Assembly (NCBI GenBank): GCA_033764315.1
Contig: JANRJA010000103.1
Location: 1 to 17,822, forward strand
Source: Oculatellaceae cyanobacterium bins.114
Lineage (GTDB): Bacteria; Cyanobacteriota; Cyanobacteriia; Elainellales; Elainellaceae
DNA: 17,822 nucleotides
Direction of reading: 5' to 3'
Both the position numbers and the translations under genes were made by a program. The notes below the pieces were generated by a model. It did not search any database. It was not told the DNA's origin and was given only the letters and a program-made list of their open reading frames with translations. Numbering within the stretch: position 1 is the stretch's first letter; every line of letters begins with the position of its first letter. Below are positions 7,701-15,237 of the stretch, piece after piece.

Positions 7701-8774
7701 ATGGTCAACTCTCCATCCAAGCCTGCTTTGCAGATGTCAGAAACCAAAACGAAGGCACTAACAGAAAACATTCTGACTCCTCGTTTTTACACAACCGATT
7801 TTGAAACCGCAGCAGGGCTAGACTTATCCGCTCAAGATGCTGAGTTACAGGCGATGCTGGCAGAGATGCGAGCTGATTACAATCGTCATCATTTTGTGCG
7901 CGATAGTGCATTTGAGCAATCGTGGGATCACATTACGGGTTCGACGCGCAAAGCTTTTGTCGATTATTTAGAGCGATCGTGTGTTTCAGAATTCTCTGGG
8001 TTTTTGTTGTTTAAAGAACTCTCGCGCAAAGTCAAAGAACGCAGTCCACTGTTATCGGAAATGTTTAGCCTGATGGCACGCGACGAAGCCCGTCATGCCG
8101 GGTTTCTCAACAAAGCTATGGGAGATTTTGGCTGCACGATGGATTTGGGGCACCTCACTAAAAATCGGGTTTATACTTTCTTTCCGATCGAATGGGTGCT
8201 TTATACGGTTTATCTTTCCGAAAAGATTGGCTATTGGCGTTACATCATCATCTATCGCCATTTAGAAAAACACCCAGAAAATGAGTTTTATCCTCTGTTT
8301 CGTTATTTTGAGAGTTGGTGTCAGGATGAGAACCGTCATGGCGATATTTTTAAGGCATTGTTGCGGTCTCAATCCAATCTCTGGAAGACCTGGCAATCTC
8401 GCCTGTGGAGCCGATTCTTTTTGCTGTCTGTGTTTGCAACTCATACGCTGACGGTGCATGAACGTGCGGAGTTTTACCGCATTTTGGGGCTTGACCCCAC
8501 TGAGTTTGATGCAGCCGTGATTCGTAAGACTAACGAGACAGCAGCGCGAGCTTTTCCATCGGTCTTGGATACCGACCATCCTGAATTTTTCCAACGACTG
8601 CATCACTGCTCTAATCTCAATCTACAGATATCCCAGATCAGTGGCAGCACCCAGCCCAAGTGGCTAAAATCAGTCCGCAAATTACCGTTACAGTTGGCTA
8701 TTGTAGGTCATCTGTTGCGCCTTTATTTGCTCAAACCGATTGATGCAGAAGCCCTGCGAGCAACAGTTCGTTAG
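7701..8774 (+). CDS. acsF: Mg-protoporphyrin IX monomethyl ester (oxidative) cyclase, probably the low-O2 paralogue (ChlAII/AcsF2)
   Basis: LTPRFYTTDF, DYNRHHFVRD, SEFSGFLL, RDEARHAG, SEKIGYWRYI and QDENRHGD di-iron motifs. Confidence 0.97.
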   Translation: MVNSPSKPALQMSETKTKALTENILTPRFYTTDFETAAGLDLSAQDAELQAMLAEMRADYNRHHFVRDSAFEQSWDHITGSTRKAFVDYLERSCVSEFSGFLLFKELSRKVKERSPLLSEMFSLMARDEARHAGFLNKAMGDFGCTMDLGHLTKNRVYTFFPIEWVLYTVYLSEKIGYWRYIIIYRHLEKHPENEFYPLFRYFESWCQDENRHGDIFKALLRSQSNLWKTWQSRLWSRFFLLSVFATHTLTVHERAEFYRILGLDPTEFDAAVIRKTNETAARAFPSVLDTDHPEFFQRLHHCSNLNLQISQISGSTQPKWLKSVRKLPLQLAIVGHLLRLYLLKPIDAEALRATVR

Positions 8775-8809
8775 CGGGTTTATTAGTGCCCTAAAAGAAT
8801 TATTTTGAG

Positions 8810-8860
8810 GTAAGGATGTGGCGCATTTTGTACGACACATCCTAAACCAGTAAGGATGTG
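8810..8860. repeat. REP-like hairpin and direct repeat between convergent genes
   Basis: AGGATGTG (8813-8820) pairs with CACATCCT (8836-8843); GTAAGGATGTG is repeated at 8810 and 8850. Confidence 0.45.
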
Positions 8861-8863
8861 CCT

Positions 8864-9343
8864 TTATCGATTAGAGGTTGCTGCTGCGTCAGTAAAAATT
8901 GACACAGAATATTGACCGCTAGCCGCAGAATCAGGCGCAGCAATAATCACACGATACATTCCAGCTTCAGATAGGCTAAAGCCTGCGGAAGCTCCGTTGG
9001 AGGTGGAATGGGTCTCCAGGTTTTGAATAGCAGGAGAACTGGCATCTCGAATCAACTCCCCGTTTGAGGCAATCATGGCAATGATGTTATAACCAGAGTC
9101 CAACAAAATTAGATTGGCTGGAAACTCATTACTAGACCAGTCGATGCGAATGGGAATATTAGCATTGCCCTCAAAGGTGTATTCATCATAGAAGATGCCG
9201 CTGGAGGACAGCGTCGAATCACCCGTTTCAAGCACACCTGTTTCTTGCAACAAAATTTCAGAGCTAGACTGTGCTCCCGCTTCTAAATTCACTAGAAGCA
9301 AGGAGGCCACTAAAGAGACCAGAAGAAGAGGAAAGGCTCTCAC
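8864..9343 (-). CDS. Secreted protein with a pre-peptidase C-terminal (PPC)-like domain
   Basis: Hydrophobic signal peptide ending AGA-Q; G.L..GD...FYDEYTFEG...I...S.EF...LILLD and L..AG.YRVI...GQYSV patterns; GTG start with a TAGGA RBS. Confidence 0.7.
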   Translation of the reverse strand: MRAFPLLLVSLVASLLLVNLEAGAQSSSEILLQETGVLETGDSTLSSSGIFYDEYTFEGNANIPIRIDWSSNEFPANLILLDSGYNIIAMIASNGELIRDASSPAIQNLETHSTSNGASAGFSLSEAGMYRVIIAAPDSAASGQYSVSIFTDAAATSNR

Positions 9344-9690
9344 AAACGTATCCTACTTAAAAATGAGGTTGGCATTGGATTCAGTGTGAGTTTATGCCAT
9401 CTCAACAAAATCCTCAACCATTAAGGCAGCAATTTTTGTGATGGACAATGAGGTCTAGAGAGTACTTAGGAACGGCTCCGATAGAGTCATAGGACTGGTT
9501 TTTAAGGCACCCATCAAACATAGGAGGCTGCTAAACACTAATCTTTGAGTGTATTGAAGAATAGTTTTCACAGCCGTCTTTTGATTTTTCTGCTACGCCC
9601 CTTCTTGCAAATTTTGTCTCCTTGGACTCCCTGTGTTGGAGAATAGTGCAAGATCTCAGATAACCAAAAATGCTTTTGCCTATCAGTAAA

Positions 9691-10761
9691 TTACAAGCAA
9701 TCTCGATTTTCCACTGTATTATCAGGCATGGTAGTGCGACACAAAATAGCTCTTTCCACAACTGGCGACTTAGCTCCACTTAAACTAGCACCAGTTAAAT
9801 TTGCTTTAGTCAATGTAGCTCCTTGCAGGTTAGCTTCAGTCAGATTAGCTTCCTCCAGGTTAGCATTATAAAAATTAGTGCCGTTCAAGTTACTGCGGTA
9901 GAAGCGAGCCTTGACTAAAGTAACATTCATCATCTCAGCATTACTCAGATTAGCTCCTACTAAATTCGCATCACTCAGGTTACTTCCTGTAAGATCTGCC
10001 TCTTCCAAATGAGCATTTCTAAAATTTACATACTCTAATTTAGAATTACGAAAATCTGCTCTCGTCAGACGTGCGTATTCTAAATTAGCCCCTCGAATAT
10101 CTACTTCTTTAAAGTCAATAGGAGGAATATCTTCTTTCTCATACATATTGAGTAGTCTTTTAATTACATCTAAGGCTGCTTGAACATCAGTTGGAGGCTT
10201 TGGCGGCGTTTCTGGCTTCTGATTTTTTTGCAAAACAATCTGCTGAAGATGAACTTTGCGAGCTTCCCCCTCTAGAGAAGAAGTTGGACGTTTTACAAAG
10301 GAAGTACATTCTCGAATATAGGTAATCAAAACTTTGATAACAGCTTCTCGATCCCTTAGGTCTTGGGCATCTCTAGCAATCCACTCAAAGGTATAAATTC
10401 CACCTAAACGAATTTCTAATCGTTCATGCCCAAGCTGCTCCACGGCTTTAGAAAAGCGATCAGTAATCAGCCGAGCTTCTGCCAAACTAGCATTTGTCTG
10501 GGCAATTCTAGTGTTTTTCTGAGCATTGAGAAGATTAAGAAAAACAACTATTCCTCCTATGATTGTTGCTAATGTTCCAATGAAATTAAGGATGAACTTA
10601 GCTTTTTCTTTATCTTCAACTAGCGTCCATAAACGTGTCATTTCTGACCAAATCTGCAGTTTTGTGTTAATGGCTACAATGGTTATTGTTACAATCCCCA
10701 ACAACAGAACTAGCAATAACCATTTTTTCGATTTGTAAAGAAATTTTGTAATTACAGGCAT
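9691..10761 (-). CDS. Membrane-anchored pentapeptide-repeat protein
   Basis: Two N-terminal hydrophobic helices, the conserved ITDRFSKAVEQLG..RLGGIY and PTDVQAALDVI blocks, then roughly 20+ AxLxx repeats. Confidence 0.9.
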   Translation of the reverse strand: MPVITKFLYKSKKWLLLVLLLGIVTITIVAINTKLQIWSEMTRLWTLVEDKEKAKFILNFIGTLATIIGGIVVFLNLLNAQKNTRIAQTNASLAEARLITDRFSKAVEQLGHERLEIRLGGIYTFEWIARDAQDLRDREAVIKVLITYIRECTSFVKRPTSSLEGEARKVHLQQIVLQKNQKPETPPKPPTDVQAALDVIKRLLNMYEKEDIPPIDFKEVDIRGANLEYARLTRADFRNSKLEYVNFRNAHLEEADLTGSNLSDANLVGANLSNAEMMNVTLVKARFYRSNLNGTNFYNANLEEANLTEANLQGATLTKANLTGASLSGAKSPVVERAILCRTTMPDNTVENRDCL

Positions 10762-10770
10762 TCTCTCAAC

Positions 10771-10806
10771 AGTGATTGTTATAAACGACGGTAGTTAACC
10801 ATCACT
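10771..10806. promoter_or_regulatory. Inverted repeat in the 75-bp divergent promoter region (candidate operator)
   Basis: AGTGATTGTTA-N14-TAACCATCACT (10 of 11 complementary). Confidence 0.4.
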
Positions 10807-10836
10807 AAATTAACTTGTGTTGAAGAATGAGGATAG

Positions 10837-11571
10837 ATGTCAAATAAAATTTTTATTACTTATTGCTTTGAAGATGAGCGAATAGCAGCAGAGGTTGTAC
10901 AAGCTCTTAGTAAAGTTCAAGGGTCTAGCCTTATTCCTTATATCAAACAGAGAGAACTAAGTTCTGTAGGTTCCTCTACTCAAGAATGGCTTAATGATAT
11001 TGAGGAATGGGATCACGTAATTGTTCTAGTTTCATCCTCATTTCTAAAGCTATTCTCTCAATTTCAGCAGGATCTTGATCAATGGATTCTAGAGTGCGAT
11101 CGCCAAAAAATTTTACTATTGCCACTCCTGGTTCATCCCTGCTCAGTATCATCGTTAATGTCAAGCATTATGTATGCTGACTACAGCCAGGATCAATTAG
11201 GGGCTTTAGAGAAGCTGCAAGCAGCGTTTGAACGAGCAGCAATGCCCGGTGTGGAACCACGACGTAGCCAAAAATCGAGTCTAGCAAGAGAATTAGCTAG
11301 TCAACCCCGATTGATTATTGCAGAGATCGCTTCGACCTGTTTAACTTCAAGTGATTTTCAAAGTTTTCTACAAGCCACTAATATTAGTTGGAGTTGTACT
11401 GGTTTGGTGCAACAAGACATCCGCCAATTTGTTGTAGATTCGCAAGAAGCTCAAGTAGAAGAGTTTGCTTTTTGGTTAGTTCAAGATGATTTACGGATAG
11501 AGATCATTCAGCAACGATTAGCTGAAGTAACAACGACTGCTAGGAAAGGTTGGCTATCTCGATTTATTTAG
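10837..11571 (+). CDS. TIR-domain protein (degenerate) with an uncharacterised helical C-terminal domain
   Basis: KIFITY..ED...A..V..AL, IEEWDHVIVLVSSSFL and KILLLPLLVHPC...L.SIMYADY follow the bacterial TIR_2 pattern; GAGGA RBS. Confidence 0.75.
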   Translation: MSNKIFITYCFEDERIAAEVVQALSKVQGSSLIPYIKQRELSSVGSSTQEWLNDIEEWDHVIVLVSSSFLKLFSQFQQDLDQWILECDRQKILLLPLLVHPCSVSSLMSSIMYADYSQDQLGALEKLQAAFERAAMPGVEPRRSQKSSLARELASQPRLIIAEIASTCLTSSDFQSFLQATNISWSCTGLVQQDIRQFVVDSQEAQVEEFAFWLVQDDLRIEIIQQRLAEVTTTARKGWLSRFI

Positions 11572-11589
11572 AATTCTCCTAAACATACT

Positions 11590-13062
11590 ATGAACATTAC
11601 TCAAGAGATTGATGTATTCCTAGCTGGTAAAATTCCACGTCAGTTAATTGAACGATTTGATAGTGATATTGATATCCCACTTGTACACAGTCGCTGTACT
11701 GGCCTGTTAGAAATGCTCAATGCGTATGATCCACACCACTCTAAAGACGTACTTAAACTCGCAGAGCGTGTTGGAGCCTACTGGTGTCGCATTGTGCAGA
11801 GTGATGTACTCTACAATCGTTTAGCTGGATTAGAAGCGATTGAAGTATCTCAGGCAGATGCTAAAGCTCTGGCTAGCAAAGTTTTGAATAATGAACTTGG
11901 CTTAAGTGATGAGAGCGATCGCCGCTGGGTTACCTATGCCGTGGCTCGATGGCATGATGGAGCGGGAAAAATTTATTATCGGCTCGCTGAATATACTCAA
12001 GCAAATGACCTACTTGAAAACGCTAAACAATTGGCACAGCATGCTGATCTTTGGTATTGCCTTCCTGATATCCAAAGCAACGTAGTACGAGCCAATTTTG
12101 AAGCTCAACGAATTGCTGGTAGACCTATGAATCATGAAACCCTGATCGAAGAATTTAGAAACTTATTCTCAGAAGTTCGTGATGATTCAGTTGATGTCGC
12201 TGTACCCAACATTAATGCTGATCTTGAGTCTTTTGTTACAATTCCTCTACAAAATATCTCTCCACAAGAAAAAGAATTTTTTAGGGGGATATCAAGTCTT
12301 TTGCACAATTGGTCAGTTGCATATTATGACCAGTACAAAAAAGAAACAAAAAATGAGCAGAACTTAGACCGCTCACTGGAACTTTCACAGAAGTCAGAAG
12401 CGATTTGCCGTCAATTGGAAGATGATTATCGCCTATCTCAAGCACTAAATCATCAAGCATTAATTGAAAATGAAAGGAGAAATTGGAATATAGCTCGAAA
12501 ATTATTTGAAGAAGTCACTACCCGCAAATGGATTCGAGGAAAGCGCATTGCCCGACAGCGGTTAGCCGAAATTGATGCTGATGAGGGAAATTTTGATAGA
12601 GCATTTAAAACTATTGAGCAGTTAATTAGTGAGTTACGAGAAGAGCGTCAACGTCAACGGGGTGAATTAGGTTATGACAACCATTTTCTTTACTACACAG
12701 TCAATGTTGTTTTTAAGAAAATTCTTGAAGCTGCTCAAGAAAAACGAGTGAAATTAGTTGAAAGACAGCTTAGTTATTATCAAAATTTATTCCAAGAAGA
12801 ACAGTTGCAAATGATTCGTTCTGTTCGTAATGTTGTCAAGATATCAACTTATAAAAATGATTTTGCCAAAATCTTTTATCCTATCTATCAAGATTTGATT
12901 GGAGGGCAAATCGCACCCATTCTTACTTCAGAAAAAACTCTTAATCAAAAAGTGGAGTTAAAACATTTAGAGAAGGCGTTTAGTTTTGTTGAAGAAGCAA
13001 GTAGCCGTGAATTGCTTGATCTTTTGCAGTCAGTTCAATTAGACGAAGAACAAGAATTTTAG
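11590..13062 (+). CDS. TPR-repeat protein; N-terminal half of a TPR-CHAT protein
   Basis: TPR-like helices (GKIYYRLAEYTQANDLLENA, SQALNHQALIE..RNWNIARKLFEE, LAEIDADEGNFDRAFKTIEQ). Ends with AFSFVEEASSRELLDLL, the AF..AE.AKAR.LLDLL motif that precedes CHAT domains. Confidence 0.8.
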   Translation: MNITQEIDVFLAGKIPRQLIERFDSDIDIPLVHSRCTGLLEMLNAYDPHHSKDVLKLAERVGAYWCRIVQSDVLYNRLAGLEAIEVSQADAKALASKVLNNELGLSDESDRRWVTYAVARWHDGAGKIYYRLAEYTQANDLLENAKQLAQHADLWYCLPDIQSNVVRANFEAQRIAGRPMNHETLIEEFRNLFSEVRDDSVDVAVPNINADLESFVTIPLQNISPQEKEFFRGISSLLHNWSVAYYDQYKKETKNEQNLDRSLELSQKSEAICRQLEDDYRLSQALNHQALIENERRNWNIARKLFEEVTTRKWIRGKRIARQRLAEIDADEGNFDRAFKTIEQLISELREERQRQRGELGYDNHFLYYTVNVVFKKILEAAQEKRVKLVERQLSYYQNLFQEEQLQMIRSVRNVVKISTYKNDFAKIFYPIYQDLIGGQIAPILTSEKTLNQKVELKHLEKAFSFVEEASSRELLDLLQSVQLDEEQEF

Positions 13063-14411
13063 TGGAGAGTAAGCATATGGATAAGGGACAGGAGTTGAAT
13101 ACTACTGAATCCGCACATTCCGATCCTTTCTATGGAAAACGGCGGAGTAGTTTACGCAGGCAAGAATCTGTTGATGAATCTGTCATTAAGGTATTAAGCC
13201 AACGTAGAAGCGATTATGATGCTTGGTCATTAAAACATCCCATCACGACGACTCCCCATAATAGTGAGATTGCCTATGAAATTCGTATGTTCACTGCTAA
13301 TCATCCAGGAACTGTTATTCTTCGATACTTCCTTTATAAAAATCCATCCTTAGAAAACAATAATTTAGAACTGGGTGTTTATATTTTCCGTGATGCCAAG
13401 ATGGACTGTATTCCTTTAGATTGGAGGCATGTTATACAAGCGATCCAACAGTGGAATGAAACACTGAAATTGACAGCTAATCCTGATACCCGGATTACAG
13501 AATTGCAAGCAGCATTGTGCAACAGTAGTGAGCAACTTTCCCAGTGTTTACTTAAGCCTATTTGGAAACATATCGGCAGAATTGATCAGATTCAACACTT
13601 AGTTATTATTCCTGTTGAAGAACTATTTCGTGTGCCATTTCATATTGCCTTTATGCCAGGAGAACAAATTCCTTTATGTGCTGTTGTTCCTCTTTCTTTC
13701 TCAGTGAGTGCTGCTGCTTTTGTAGGCAGAGGAAGACATTTATTCCGTCGGCAGAGAGTTGAGCATACCGATGATTTGTGTGCCCTAATAGTGCAACGGG
13801 GCGAAAACGATGTAAGTGGCAAGGAACTGGTCAATCTTAACTGGGATGAAAGGCATTTTCATATTGCAGGGAACAAGAAGCAGTTACCTGATTTTATTGG
13901 TTCATATCAATATGTAGGGAGTGCAAACCAAGCGGGTTTAGAAAAACTGGTACAGCAAAAACCAGAATTTTTTATTTATGGTGGTCATGGAGAGTACCAC
14001 AATAGTTATAGTATTTTAGGTCCTGCATTAATATTGGAAGAAGAAGGCAGCTTTTTAACTCAATTTGATATTGCGATGGGATTGCGTTTGCCTAGAAACA
14101 AATTGACCTTATTAGGTGCTTGTGTTTCTGGTCAAGGAGTTAATCTAGGTGGAGGTGAGGTTTCAGGATTCCTTCGTGCTTTTATAGCGGCTGGATGTGG
14201 AGCCATCGGCATAACACTTTGGGAAGTATTGGATGATGAAATTGCTAATAGTGTTCGACATCTTCTCAATCAAGCCAAAAAATCTGCGGATGATCCTTCT
14301 TCGGTATTTGATGTGGTGCAGGAACTACATCAGTATTATAAAAACACTTGTTCATCATTAGAGTCTGTCGCAAAACAGATTGAAGCCTGCCCATTTGCAC
14401 TGTATCTTTGA
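13062..14411 (+). CDS. CHAT-domain caspase-like cysteine protease (HetF family); start uncertain
   Basis: HLVIIPVEELFRVPF motif; catalytic His in IYGGHG (13986-13988) and Cys in LLGACVSG (14121-14123); GFLRAFIAAG....TLWEVLD motif. Confidence 0.88.
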   Translation: MESKHMDKGQELNTTESAHSDPFYGKRRSSLRRQESVDESVIKVLSQRRSDYDAWSLKHPITTTPHNSEIAYEIRMFTANHPGTVILRYFLYKNPSLENNNLELGVYIFRDAKMDCIPLDWRHVIQAIQQWNETLKLTANPDTRITELQAALCNSSEQLSQCLLKPIWKHIGRIDQIQHLVIIPVEELFRVPFHIAFMPGEQIPLCAVVPLSFSVSAAAFVGRGRHLFRRQRVEHTDDLCALIVQRGENDVSGKELVNLNWDERHFHIAGNKKQLPDFIGSYQYVGSANQAGLEKLVQQKPEFFIYGGHGEYHNSYSILGPALILEEEGSFLTQFDIAMGLRLPRNKLTLLGACVSGQGVNLGGGEVSGFLRAFIAAGCGAIGITLWEVLDDEIANSVRHLLNQAKKSADDPSSVFDVVQELHQYYKNTCSSLESVAKQIEACPFALYL

Positions 14412-14441
14412 ACCTAAAGTTTTCAAAACGTACCTATTCCA

Positions 14442-15095
14442 ATGCAAATTCATTATTTATCAAAGGTTTTAACTCAACATCCCAATTTTTCTCCAGGTTG
14501 GCATCCACAAGGAATAGATTGTCCTCTTACTGGTGAAAAGTTTGGCACAATTCTGCATATCGTTGTTTGCAACGATGCAGGGTATCCCCTTTATGACCAA
14601 CCCGTATGGGCAGAGCCAGTTGGGGCAATTATAGTGCCAGTCGATGAAACCGGCAGAATTGGATTTATAGAAACATTCCGGGTTGCGCCCCCGGCTAAAG
14701 GAAATAGGAGCATTTATCCCCCTACTGAACTTAATCAGCATGGTTTGTTGTCTCTTGAGCTACCACGTGGCTTTCCCGAACAAGGTGAAGCACCGGAGGA
14801 AACGGCGCGACGGGAAACCGAGGAAGAGATGGGAATCGTAGTACGAGATGTTGTTTTACTTGGAGAAAATAATACAAATACGACGTTTTTCTTAAACAAT
14901 ATTCCTGTTTGGCTTGCCCATGTTGACAAAGAAGCGACAACATTACAGTCTCCCGATCCCATCGAATTGATTAGGAAAACAAAATTTTTCTTAGTCTCAG
15001 AGGTGATGGATTTAATAACATCTGGAAGGATTGTGTGTGGAATAACAAAAGCAGGTCTTCTTCATTACCTAGCATGGCTCCAGCAGGGGTCATAA
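14442..15095 (+). CDS. Nudix hydrolase, ADP-ribose/NDP-sugar pyrophosphatase-like
   Basis: Complete Nudix box G-x5-E-x7-RE-x2-EE-x-G-U (GFPEQGEAPEETARRETEEEMGI), preceded by LELPR. Confidence 0.9.
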   Translation: MQIHYLSKVLTQHPNFSPGWHPQGIDCPLTGEKFGTILHIVVCNDAGYPLYDQPVWAEPVGAIIVPVDETGRIGFIETFRVAPPAKGNRSIYPPTELNQHGLLSLELPRGFPEQGEAPEETARRETEEEMGIVVRDVVLLGENNTNTTFFLNNIPVWLAHVDKEATTLQSPDPIELIRKTKFFLVSEVMDLITSGRIVCGITKAGLLHYLAWLQQGS

Positions 15096-15237
15096 TTTGA
15101 CTGGTAACTGTATGCTTGATTTTTGAGACTCAGTAAATTATTGGTGAATTTTTAAGCGGCATGAACAACGACGAAATGGTACGAGTTATTCTAGTAGTGG
15201 CTTGTGATTAAGAAATGTAAATAGATGTAATTCGGAT

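Noticed and set aside
9646..9659. GTGCAAGATCTCAG, reminiscent of cyanobacterial IS/MITE termini, near the island's left edge
   Set aside because: No partner inverted repeat or transposase remnant in the window; the resemblance is from memory only
13051..13062. Programmed ribosomal frameshift joining TPR and CHAT
   Set aside because: A -1 shift is needed, but there is no canonical X XXY YYZ heptamer. The +1 shift suggested by TTT-TAG hits TAA within three codons.
11590..14411. Assignment as Craspase (Csx29), a gasdermin system or HetF itself
   Set aside because: No CRISPR/Cas7-11 or gasdermin gene in the window. HetF carries its CHAT domain N-terminally, unlike this TPR-then-CHAT order.
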